Both the position numbers and the translations under genes were made by a program. This document shows positions 1 to 10,000 of a DNA stretch of 32,000 nt, one piece after another. The notes under the pieces were generated by a model. The model did not search any database, was not told where the DNA came from, and saw only the letters and a list, made by a program, of their open reading frames with translations. This DNA comes from Candidatus Saccharimonadota bacterium (GTDB taxonomy: Bacteria; Patescibacteriota; Gracilibacteria; UBA1369; 2-02-FULL-48-14): positions 690,001 through 722,000 of the forward strand of contig OZ246396.1 in the NCBI GenBank assembly GCA_965230905.1. The letters are read 5' to 3'. How positions within the stretch are numbered: the first letter of the stretch is position 1; every line of letters begins with the position of its first letter.

Positions 1-777
1 CAGTTTTGGCAGCTCTTCTTCCTTCAGCATTTCACCGCTGTGGTAAGAGGCCACTGCCACTTCGCTGGTTCCAATTAAATACTTTTCATCGCTTTCCATT
101 TCGCCGGTTTCGCTGTTTCGTACGCCGAGCAAGTAAGCTTGTTCTTCACCGCCCGGAAAGTATCCGGTGGCTTCCATCGCCTCGCGGTTCACCATGAGTG
201 GAGGCAGGAAAGGCGTGAAGCCTTTGGCCACAAGTTTGTTGAGCGTGTATTGCAAAATAGCGAGCTCCAGCAGCATGCCCTCGTTCTTTAAAAAGTAGCT
301 GCGGCTGCCGCCAATTTTCACGCCGCGTTCTACATCAATAATATCCAAGTCTTCGCCGAGGGCGATGTGGTCTTTGATTTCAAAATCCCATTTTGGTAGC
401 TCACCCCAGGTGTACATTTCTACGTTTTCGCTGTCATCTTTGCCTTCGGGTGCATCGGGGGAAATCATTCCGGGGGCGCGGAGGAGCAGGGCTTTCCACT
501 CCGTTTCTACTTGAGTGAGCTCTTCGCTGATGCGTTTTTCATCGTCGCCTTGAGCGCGCATTTCTGCGATGGCGGCTTGTTTTTCTTCACCTTGGAGTTT
601 TTGAATTTTGTCAGAGGCTTTGTTTTTTTCTGCACGCATCGCGTCCACTTCCGCTTGGAGGGAACGGCGTTTTTCATCGAGTATGATGAAGGCGTCTACA
701 TCGAATTTAATATGTTTTTTGCGTGCCGCTTCGCGAACGGCGTCGGGGTTTTGGACGATGGTTTTTGGGTCGAGCAT
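1..777 (-). CDS. serS: Seryl-tRNA synthetase, N-terminal 259 codons (the rest lies beyond the window start)
   Basis: This gene is missing from the ORF track because it has no stop inside the window. Reverse-strand translation from the ATG at 777..775 reads MLDPKTIVQNPDAVREAARKKHIKFDVDAFIILDEKRRSLQAEVDAMRAEKNK...WGELPKWDFEIKDHIALGEDLDIIDVERGVKIGGSRSYFLKNEGMLLELAILQY...REAMEATGYFPGGEEQAY...YLIGTSEVAV. That is a long coiled-coil arm followed by a class II synthetase core, which is the SerS layout. Confidence 0.85.
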   Translation of the reverse strand, partial: MLDPKTIVQNPDAVREAARKKHIKFDVDAFIILDEKRRSLQAEVDAMRAEKNKASDKIQKLQGEEKQAAIAEMRAQGDDEKRISEELTQVETEWKALLLRAPGMISPDAPEGKDDSENVEMYTWGELPKWDFEIKDHIALGEDLDIIDVERGVKIGGSRSYFLKNEGMLLELAILQYTLNKLVAKGFTPFLPPLMVNREAMEATGYFPGGEEQAYLLGVRNSETGEMESDEKYLIGTSEVAVASYHSGEMLKEEELPKL

Positions 778-878
778 AAGTTTTTAATAGAGGGCACTGA
801 AGTGCCTGGTGCGCAGAGGATAACGCTAATTCTAAAATTTGCCTAGGAGGGCTGTTTGACGTAAATCACAATTATTTC

Positions 879-908
879 TTGACTCGACACCCTTTATCCT
901 GTAAAAAT
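879..908 (+). promoter_or_regulatory. Sigma-70-like promoter candidate for ORF 932..1399
   Basis: TTGACT (879..884), a 17-nt spacer, then TAAAAA(T) (902..908), about 24 nt upstream of the ATG at 932. Confidence 0.35.
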
Positions 909-931
909 ACTTGAAGTTTATTTTCACTTAG

Positions 932-1399
932 ATGGAAGTCGATATTGAAGCATTGTTCCGTTTACAGAAGGGTTGGGTTGAGCCCAATGCTTTACCTGAA
1001 CAGGACCATTCCGTTCTTTTTTCACAAAAACGATTGTTTAGCTCTATGGCTGCATTCGTTTTGAGTGAGGTGCGTGCTGGCATCCTGTCTGCTTCTGATG
1101 AAATTCCCACTTCGCAAGCTTTGGCCCAGTACTTGAATTCTGTGCAGGCTCACTTCACCCTTGAAAATTGTCTTAAGGTCGCTGCCTTTCATGGTCTAGT
1201 GGGCAGTACTTATAAGACTCCTAAAGATATGGATATCATAACTCACTTGGATTTCCCGGCACCTTTTGCTGTGTTTGGGAGTGCTGGTTTTTGGAATCGC
1301 GTACAAGGTATTAAGCCTGAGGCTTCTTCTTCACTTGAATCACCGGCAAACGTTTCACAAACACTTGCTTTCCCTCAAACAGAATCTGCAACTCAATAG
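932..1399 (+). CDS. Hypothetical protein (155 aa)
   Basis: ORF with natural-looking composition over the first ~115 aa and a promoter-like element upstream. The last ~30 codons are low-complexity and overlap the 3' end of the convergent ORF 1311..1703. No family recognised. Confidence 0.4.
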   Translation: MEVDIEALFRLQKGWVEPNALPEQDHSVLFSQKRLFSSMAAFVLSEVRAGILSASDEIPTSQALAQYLNSVQAHFTLENCLKVAAFHGLVGSTYKTPKDMDIITHLDFPAPFAVFGSAGFWNRVQGIKPEASSSLESPANVSQTLAFPQTESATQ

Positions 1400-1703
1400 G
1401 TTCCCAGCTTTCGATTTTGAGGCCTTGAATGCCCCAAAAATGGGTATGTGATCCGAGTGGTTTTTCCATTTCCTTTTCGATGGTCGATTTGGCGAGCACC
1501 TTGTCTTGCTGCATGAGACTGAAGGTGATGCTGTGCTTTCCTTTTGGGATGAGGATTTTGGAAACCACAAACATTTGAGGATGCACGGCCGGCATTTGTT
1601 CGGACATGATGCGTTCAAAAATTCCGACTAAATTGAGCTTTCCGTCGATGGACATTGAAGCGTAGTCACAGAAGAGTGCGTATTCAATGGGTTGGATTTT
1701 CAT
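1311..1703 (-). CDS. Hypothetical protein (130 aa)
   Basis: The protein looks globular (MKIQPIEYALFCDYASMSIDGKLNLVGIFERI...). Its start overlaps the stop of the upstream ORF in an ATGA junction (1700..1703), which suggests translational coupling. The antisense ORFs look like noise. Confidence 0.65.
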   Translation of the reverse strand: MKIQPIEYALFCDYASMSIDGKLNLVGIFERIMSEQMPAVHPQMFVVSKILIPKGKHSITFSLMQQDKVLAKSTIEKEMEKPLGSHTHFWGIQGLKIESWEPIELQILFEGKQVFVKRLPVIQVKKKPQA

Positions 1704-1945
1704 GCAGCTGCAGTGGTGAAATATTTTTCTACTTGGGCCTCGCTCAAATGAGCGAGTTGGGTTGGAACTTTGGATTGGCGAGAAGGGAAGGTGCGGAGTT
1801 TTTTAAGCTCCTCCTTACTGATCTCCATGGATTCGTGACGCTCTTTGATGGCAGGGGTTTCGCCTTCCGCCTCTTGAGTGACGGCAATGTATACGAGAGT
1901 GAATTTACCGTTGTCCTTCTTCTTTACCGTGCAGAGCCGAACCAT
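1700..1945 (-). CDS. Hypothetical small protein (81 aa)
   Basis: ORF upstream of and overlapping 1311..1703 by 4 nt. Its charged, helical composition is plausible for a real protein. It occupies the position downstream of dnaK where dnaJ is usually found. Confidence 0.5.
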   Translation of the reverse strand: MVRLCTVKKKDNGKFTLVYIAVTQEAEGETPAIKERHESMEISKEELKKLRTFPSRQSKVPTQLAHLSEAQVEKYFTTAAA

Positions 1946-1980
1946 GAGAAAGGGTTAATATAGACTACTGTATAGGATCA

Positions 1981-2007
1981 CCTGGTGCTTGCCAAGGACC
2001 TTTTTTT
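1981..2007 (+). terminator. Intrinsic-terminator-like hairpin plus T7 run, oriented on the + strand
   Basis: CCTGG-tgcttg-CCA(A)GG (1981..1997) is followed by ACC and TTTTTTT (2001..2007). On the minus strand the run is an A-tract upstream of the stem, so it does not look like the dnaK terminator. Confidence 0.35.
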
Positions 2008-2019
2008 GTTTTATAGCCA

Positions 2020-2033
2020 TTTGCCCGGGCAAA
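2020..2033 (-). terminator. Perfect 14-nt palindrome 2 nt after the dnaK stop
   Basis: TTTGCCCGGGCAAA. No U-tract follows on the minus strand, so terminator function is uncertain. Confidence 0.3.
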
Positions 2034-2035
2034 GA

Positions 2036-3937
<1,902 letters not shown>

Positions 3938-3975
3938 ATTGAATGGTTACTTTTTAGTGCGCGCTAAGGCGCGTA

Positions 3976-4002
3976 TTAGCACTCACCATATTAGTGTGCT
4001 AA
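3976..4002. promoter_or_regulatory. CIRCE operator (HrcA binding site) upstream of dnaK
   Basis: TTAGCACTC-ACCATATTA-GTGTGCTAA has one mismatch to the CIRCE consensus TTAGCACTC-N9-GAGTGCTAA. It lies 39 nt upstream of the dnaK ATG, and hrcA is encoded nearby. Confidence 0.85.
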
Positions 4003-4016
4003 GTATTAAGGGTCAA
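3988..4016 (-). promoter_or_regulatory. dnaK promoter overlapped by CIRCE
   Basis: On the minus strand: TTGACC (4016..4011), a 17-nt spacer, then TAATAT (3993..3988). The -10 box lies in the CIRCE spacer and one CIRCE arm lies in the promoter spacer. Confidence 0.5.
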
Positions 4017-4032
4017 GAGAAAAAGGATGGAA

Positions 4033-4060
4033 CTTGCTTAATTTACTATTTAACGTATAG
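4033..4060 (+). promoter_or_regulatory. Promoter candidate for ORF 4084..4971
   Basis: TTGCTT (4033..4038), a 16-nt spacer, then TATAGT (4055..4060). Confidence 0.4.
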
Positions 4061-4083
4061 TCATACTCTTATCACTTCCAGTT

Positions 4084-4971
4084 ATGTCATTACGAACGCT
4101 GGCTCCGCTTGCCCTTGGTACACTTTTAGCTTCTTCTTCGGTGGAGGCGGGGATATCTGAAAAGCCGGGTACCTTTGAGCGTCAGCAGAGTGGGGATTGT
4201 TCCGGGTACCGAACTTTAACTCGTGACATGATTCAGCTGGCCAATGCGCCGGTTGAGGATAGTTTTAAAGACTCTATACAAGCGGAGCTTGTGAAAAGAT
4301 TTCCAGATGGAAATCGACTGCAAATTTATTCGCATCAGGGTGAAATCATTGGGAATGTGGATGGTGCTGATTTTCGGCCGATCGAGTCTGCGGTGTGGAC
4401 TTCTGTTGACACCAGTACCGCTTGCCAAAAGGAGCGTGCAGATTTTAAAAAGCAGGCCGAACTTTTTTTGAGTGAGGCTGTGAGTAAAGCTTCAGTTCCT
4501 GCAACTCCATCTCAAGAGGTCTCTCAAGTGGCACCTGAACCCGTTAGTCCACAAGTTACAGAGTCTAAAAATCCTGCCGCCCGTAAAGCACTGGTAGAAA
4601 TGACTGATATGTTTGGATACGGTCCTTGTAGAGAGGCGCGTCTTTTTTCAGGTGCTTCCATTGTGCAGACGCCGGAAGATGGTAGTTATTGGAAACAAGA
4701 ATTAGCCTTTTTAGCTGGAGGTTTCGAAGTACAAGTGACAGGAGTTACTGATACTTGTCATACAGCTCTTATGACTGCACCTAGTGAATATAGTTCTGCT
4801 GCCTATCAATGGAGTTCTGCTTGCACCTGGGGGTCTAGAAGTATGAAGGGCTTGGATGAAGCTCTGGGCACGCAGGGGACTAGGACTCTCGCGGCGCAAT
4901 GTTTTGATTCTGTGGACAGCAAACGTGCCGTCGTGAAAGACCCCGTTGCTAGTGTGGGCTTCAATTACTGA
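4084..4971 (+). CDS. Secreted hypothetical protein (295 aa), cysteine-containing
   Basis: N-terminal signal peptide MSLRTLAPLALGTLLASSSVEAG. There is a Pro/Ser/Val-rich linker in the middle and several Cys in the C-terminal part. No family recognised. Confidence 0.75.
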   Translation: MSLRTLAPLALGTLLASSSVEAGISEKPGTFERQQSGDCSGYRTLTRDMIQLANAPVEDSFKDSIQAELVKRFPDGNRLQIYSHQGEIIGNVDGADFRPIESAVWTSVDTSTACQKERADFKKQAELFLSEAVSKASVPATPSQEVSQVAPEPVSPQVTESKNPAARKALVEMTDMFGYGPCREARLFSGASIVQTPEDGSYWKQELAFLAGGFEVQVTGVTDTCHTALMTAPSEYSSAAYQWSSACTWGSRSMKGLDEALGTQGTRTLAAQCFDSVDSKRAVVKDPVASVGFNY

Positions 4972-5178
4972 TTTTGCAGTTTTTCAAATAGAAGTTTGCC
5001 TGCGCCAAAATCTTTGCAAACGATTAGCTGTTTGAGGAGGGGTTCCAACTGTTTTCGAACGGGACCATTTTTAGTGAGTTACTTAAGGCGTGATTGTACG
5101 CCAAGCCTTTGTAGGTGCAAGAGAAATTTGCACCAATCGATTTTTAATGTATGATATTTTTTTGCACCATTCTAATCT

Positions 5179-5730
5179 ATGAATAGAACATTAACTGCTG
5201 GATTGCTCGCTTGTGGCATTGCTTTTGAGGCCGGAGCAAAGGGAGTGAAGCAAGGCGACGATATAACGCTTTACACCACTATGGTTCGCGAGATGCTTAT
5301 ATTGACGAATAAAGCGTTGACTGTGGGCTGCCCCGGATTGACTTCAGGCATTGCAAGCAACTTAAAGAGCATCCCTTTCGGGAAAGAGGTTCCGGTTGGA
5401 ATTGAAATTCTGACTCATTATAAAGATCTTTTGAAAAAAGAAATTGTTGGACACACCGTGATAGGATCCGGGGGCATAGAAGAGGCACGCATTGTTTATG
5501 ATATTTCGAATCCGGGAATGCAGTCTTGTTTTCAATTTAGAATTGATATGGTCAATAGTGCCATGAGTGGATTTACGGAAAAGGAGACCTGCAATGTTCA
5601 CGAAGATATTGCGGTTGAGAAGCCACGTTCGGTTTCTGTTTTCGCCTCCTGTGGGCCGCGTGCATTGCCAAATGCCAATTCCGACCGTCACTTTTTTCAT
5701 CATCCTGGCACCACGTCTAGATCGTACTGA
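5179..5730 (+). CDS. Secreted protein or lipoprotein candidate (183 aa)
   Basis: The N-terminus MNRTLTAGLLACGIAFEAG contains a lipobox-like LLAC. There is weak local similarity to the neighbouring 4084 protein (YRTLTRDMIQLAN versus YTTMVREMLILTN). Confidence 0.65.
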   Translation: MNRTLTAGLLACGIAFEAGAKGVKQGDDITLYTTMVREMLILTNKALTVGCPGLTSGIASNLKSIPFGKEVPVGIEILTHYKDLLKKEIVGHTVIGSGGIEEARIVYDISNPGMQSCFQFRIDMVNSAMSGFTEKETCNVHEDIAVEKPRSVSVFASCGPRALPNANSDRHFFHHPGTTSRSY

Positions 5731-5739
5731 CGCCCGCGC

Positions 5740-6222
5740 TTAGCTCCGGCCTACCTGCACTTTCGCGGGGCGAATCGTTTTGCCTTTGAAGGCGTAACCT
5801 TTTTCGAAAATTTGAACTACTTGGCCGGCGGCGCCTTCGCCTTCCATGAGTACTTCGTGTTTATTGGGGTCGGCGGGAATACCGATTTGGTCGATGGATT
5901 CGAGCCCGAGCGCAGCGAGGGCGTTCATTAAATTGCTTTCAATTCCTTGGATGCCTTTTACCCATTCTTCTTCCTCTAAATCTTCGGGGATTATTTCAAA
6001 AGCGCGGGCAAAATTATCGAGCGCGGGGAAGATAGCTTCGAGGAGTCGCATATTGGCGTAGACCTGAATTTCGCCACGTTCTTCTTCGGTGCGGCGTTTG
6101 AAATTCTGCAAATCGGCCATGGCGCGTTTCGCGGTTTCCGTCATCGCCGCGAGCTCGGCTTGTAGGGCTAGCATTGGATCGTCCTGGGTTTGTCCAGCGG
6201 GTGGAGTTGTATCTTCTGTCAT
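5740..6222 (-). CDS. grpE: Nucleotide exchange factor GrpE (160 aa, short form)
   Basis: A coiled-coil N-terminus is followed by the GrpE C-terminal pattern (...NFKRRTEEER..., ...DPNKHEVLMEGEG...YAFKGKTIRPAKVQV). The start overlaps the hrcA stop by 4 nt (ATGA). Confidence 0.9.
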   Translation of the reverse strand: MTEDTTPPAGQTQDDPMLALQAELAAMTETAKRAMADLQNFKRRTEEERGEIQVYANMRLLEAIFPALDNFARAFEIIPEDLEEEEWVKGIQGIESNLMNALAALGLESIDQIGIPADPNKHEVLMEGEGAAGQVVQIFEKGYAFKGKTIRPAKVQVGRS

Positions 6223-6947
6223 AGTTGATTGGTTTCTAAAAGGTTACGAACTTCGGTGAGGATGGAGGAGTTGTACGCGTAGGGCATGCGCTTGGGGCCG
6301 AGGATTCCAATGGCGCCGCGGTAGCCGTCGTAGTCATAGCTTGCAACGATGAGGGAGCAGCTGTCAATTCCTTGCAGAATATTTTCTTCACCGATGAAAA
6401 TTTTGGGTTCTGGGCCAAGTTCTAAATTTCCTAGGCCGGTTAAAAAGTGGTCGCGGTCTTCAATCACTTCCATCACTTGGCTGGCTTTGAGCGGCGATTC
6501 CAAAAATTCCGGCTGGCGGAGCATTTTGGAAAAGCCCATGAAGAAGGTTTTGGTGGAATCGGGAATAGTGGCAAACACCATATTTGGCGTGGCTTGTGAA
6601 AGTAAATTCACCGCATCGTGCACACGTTGTTTGGCGGTTGCGGCGCGACCTTGGTCGCGCAAAGTAGACAGCGTTTTGTGCGCGAGGGCCTTGGCTATTT
6701 CAAAGTCGGCCAGTTCATCCACATAAAAACGGTAGCCTTTATCGGTTGGCACGCGACCAGCCGAGGTATGGGGCTGCATAATGAGCCCCTGGTCTTCCAG
6801 CTCCGCCATATCGTTGCGCACGGTGGCAGGGCTAACTTTAAAATTATAGGTCAAAATGATGGTTTTAGACCCAACGGGCTCCGCCGTCTGTACGAAGTGG
6901 TCAATAATGGCGCTTAAGATCTGGTTTTTTCGATCGTCGGTGTGCAT
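6219..6947 (-). CDS. hrcA: Heat-inducible transcription repressor HrcA (242 aa, unusually short)
   Basis: N-terminal winged helix ILSAIIDHFVQTAEPVGSKTI...SPATVRNDMAELEDQGLIMQPHTSAGRVPTDKGYRFYVDEL. The C-terminal motif IGILGPKRMPYAYNSSIL matches the HrcA C-terminus. The gene order hrcA-grpE also fits. Confidence 0.9.
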   Translation of the reverse strand: MHTDDRKNQILSAIIDHFVQTAEPVGSKTIILTYNFKVSPATVRNDMAELEDQGLIMQPHTSAGRVPTDKGYRFYVDELADFEIAKALAHKTLSTLRDQGRAATAKQRVHDAVNLLSQATPNMVFATIPDSTKTFFMGFSKMLRQPEFLESPLKASQVMEVIEDRDHFLTGLGNLELGPEPKIFIGEENILQGIDSCSLIVASYDYDGYRGAIGILGPKRMPYAYNSSILTEVRNLLETNQL

Positions 6948-6953
6948 ACTTAG

Positions 6954-6982
6954 TTTATAAACGTTCCCGCTTTAAATCTCAA
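6954..6982 (-). promoter_or_regulatory. hrcA promoter, -10 box only 6 nt from the ATG (leaderless candidate)
   Basis: On the minus strand: TTGAGA (6982..6977), a 17-nt spacer, TATAAA (6959..6954), then ctaagt and the ATG (6947). Confidence 0.45.
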
Positions 6983-6990
6983 GTGGGCTC

Positions 6991-7018
6991 TTGCCAGCAG
7001 ATACAATCGTGGTACAAT
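6991..7018 (+). promoter_or_regulatory. Promoter candidate for the large ORF
   Basis: TTGCCA (6991..6996), a 16-nt spacer, then TACAAT (7013..7018). Its position argues for the ATG at 7040 rather than the GTG at 6983 as the start. Confidence 0.45.
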
Positions 7019-7039
7019 TACTTATCTCTTAAACAGGTT

Positions 7040-10000
7040 ATGAACGAAGCCGGACTAGAAGCTGCGGAGTTACTTCTTCAAGAAGGTGCGCTGGCCTTAA
7101 AGCCACGCGCAGAAGAGGGTGTGTCTGATTCTGTTCGGAATCAGACTGGCAGGAGTGTCTTACGTTTGGTTGGTGCGCCACCTACAGCAAAGGAACGTTT
7201 AGATTGCCTCGAGGAGATTGGAAACCCTGCTGACTTTGCTGAACCGGGCAGCGTTTCGTTCCAATTGATGCAAGAAGTCTATGACAATGCTCCTAAAGTG
7301 GCTCGCGAAAAGTTGACGCAGATTTTAGCTAAAGTGGCGCCACTGCACCTTCGCCCGGTGGTGGCGGCTTTGACCAAGGCTATTGAAGAGAAACGGCTTG
7401 ATGGGATGTCTTGGAAGCAGATCACGGATGGAATTAAATTGGAAATTCCGCTCCAAGGGCATGCCATTACGGTTGCGGATATCAACGGGTACACTGCGTG
7501 TTTATTGAAAGGGGAATACCACGAAAAAGTGCAGACGGCCACGGACATAGTTCGTACCTTCAATGAGGTAGCTAAAGCAACGGGTGCGGTTTTGGTGGAA
7601 CCCGTGGAAGGAGATGCGGGGATGTTCCTGACCTTCAATGCGGCTCAGCAGGTAGAGCTGGAATCTGAACTCAAGCGAAAGATTCCGATGAGAATTAAGA
7701 AACTTGAAAAAGAACTTCATGCGGATGGAACCGATAAATATCCGGTGGATCCCGAAACCGGTGAGCGGGTATTTAAGAAAAGTGTGGGAGTGGAAACTTT
7801 GAAGCAGATCCCGGGCGAGTTGAAAATGGTCGTCTATTCAGGAAAAGGGATCGCACAAGGAGCTGTGGTCGTGAGTGGGGAAGCTCGCGATGCTGCCGTT
7901 GAGTATCAGAAAAAAGCGGGTCCTGGGGAAACCCTTAAACAAGACTTGAAGGGATATGACGTAAAAAATCCAGATTGGAATAAGGATCCAGAATTGCCCG
8001 ATACTATCAACGTAGCTGTTAAATTAATTGAGGCACTTTTGAAGGTTAGTCCTTATTCAGCAGCCGCTTTTCAAGACCTCATCCATTCGTCTAAAGATGA
8101 AGGAGCTGAAGTCAGAAGCGCCAAGATGAATGCCTATTATTTGGCGCTTGAACTCAGCCCCGCTCCAGAAGACGATGCGCAAAAAGTGGACGCCTTTTGG
8201 GAGCTCCTGACTCAGGAGGGCACTGGCGATGACCGTATTCGTTTGTTTAAACCGGGTGGAAGTCGAGGTATGCATTTTTGGACGCAAGGAATCACGAGCT
8301 CAAAAGATTTTACGCAGGCCTTTGGGGCTTTCAATCAACGGATCAACCGTTTTGCTACGGAATGTGGACTCACGTTCCGCTTGAGTTTAGGGTACGAAGA
8401 TGCGCTTGAGCTTATTCTACTTCCAGACAGTTTTCAGGTGGATGCCACCGGCCCTTCCATTGTGGCAACGGTTCGTGGAATTGCGGCTTTGGAAGGGAAA
8501 GGGGATGGAAATTGGATCAGTGTGGATCGTAGCGCGGTAACGGCTATGGGTCTGGTTGGAATGGAAATGACCACCATTTATATCAAGGGGACTCCGTATC
8601 AGACGGTGCAAGGTCGCTTGGAGCCGGATGGGAAATGGGAGCTGCGAGAAAGTTTAGTTGGACGCGAAAAACAAGAGGCTGAAATAAATAGCTTTATAGC
8701 CTCCTTGGGTTTGAATGGAGTGGCACTGCGAGTGCATAAGCCTGCAAATGCAAAGGATTCCGGGTATGGAGAATCTGCGTTGCTTCGTGCTGCCGAACGT
8801 GCGGCTTCAGGTAAAGGCATTCAGGTTGTTCAATTGAAAAATAAAGAGACCTTGTTTGATGACCTTGAAGCCCAATTGGGTTATAGCTGTGAGGAACTTA
8901 TTAATAATCCTCAACTCTTAACTCGTCAGGTGCTTTTGACTTTGGATGAAGATTCTTTTAGCCCCGACTTAGCGGCTCGGCTCGACCGCTTCCTCTTTGC
9001 CATGGCGGGCACGCCTCTTGGAATTATTTACACTGGAGCCTATCAGTTCCGTCCAGAGGCCTTTATGGGAGATGCCTACAGCGGGAAAGAGCTCAGCAAA
9101 GACATTGAGGTGGATGCTCTTAGCACTGAAGCTGCTTTGGATCTTATTTTTAAAGCCCGTCCCGATTTGAAACCACAGGATCGTCCACTCATCGCTCAAT
9201 TGCTTGCAGAGTGGGGCAAGCCGCTGGTTCCACGCGCCTTGATTCGTAATTTTGCCCAGGCTTTGTTTGAGCAAGGAGACGGATGGGAACTCAAGCCGGC
9301 CCTATTGGAACAAGCCCATGCCGGAGCCTTGGATTATGCTTTGGAAGCTGCTGGTTTGAATGAAACGGATCGCACGGTTTTGGGTGTGGTTGCCGAAATA
9401 GGGTATGGAGTGCCGCTTGAATTTATACAAAATGTGCTTGGCTTTGATTGCGCTGAAGCGCTCGGTCATTTGCTGGATGAGGCTCATCCTTTCTTGGTAT
9501 TAGAAGGGGGACTTTATTCCGTTCGCGAATCGTCCAGCCGACAGGCACGGCTCTTGGCACGAAAATATCAGCCAGCCGTACATGCAGAACTCCAAAAACG
9601 CGGATTTTTGAGAGAAGATCCCGTTGTGGATGAGCAAAGTTTGGATCGAAGTATGCTTGAGTTGGAACACGCGTTGGCGCACGTTGAATCGTGTAAATCG
9701 CCTCGTACCCTTTTGCTCATGGCGCGCTTGGGACATTACTATTTGAAGGAAAGAAAAAACTTTGGCGCCGCGTACGGCCTGTACCACCGCTTCTTGGAAG
9801 CGTGTGAAGGGCATGAGCTAGATTTGGGCGGACTGCCGGAAGATTTGCTGCATGATTTGGTGTGGGCACTTTTGGAAACGTCGCACGAAAAGGACACGAA
9901 GTGGGCACAGCTTTTAATTAAAGCTCATTCTGAAGTGTCTACCCCTGAACTCATGTGGAGAGAGAAAATGAGGCTGTTGAGGCTTACGCCCAATAAAGAT

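Noticed and set aside
778-931. Possible T-box or other leader upstream of serS, including the hairpin GGCAC-TGAA-GTGCC (793..806).
   Set aside because: The region is only ~150 nt and lacks the conserved T-box sequence. A single 5-bp hairpin is not informative.
5114-5169. GGTGCAA-gagaaat-TTGCACC hairpin with a second TTTGCACCA copy 27 nt downstream, upstream of ORF 5179 (possible alternative pairing or attenuator).
   Set aside because: The stem is short (7 bp) and the repeats are 9 nt, both within chance expectation. There is no leader peptide or clear terminator/antiterminator logic.
6983-7039. A GTG start at 6983 for the large ORF.
   Set aside because: The extra 19 codons overlap both the hrcA -35 region and the TTGCCA-N16-TACAAT promoter that most plausibly drives the large gene. 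The ATG at 7040 is preferred but not proven.
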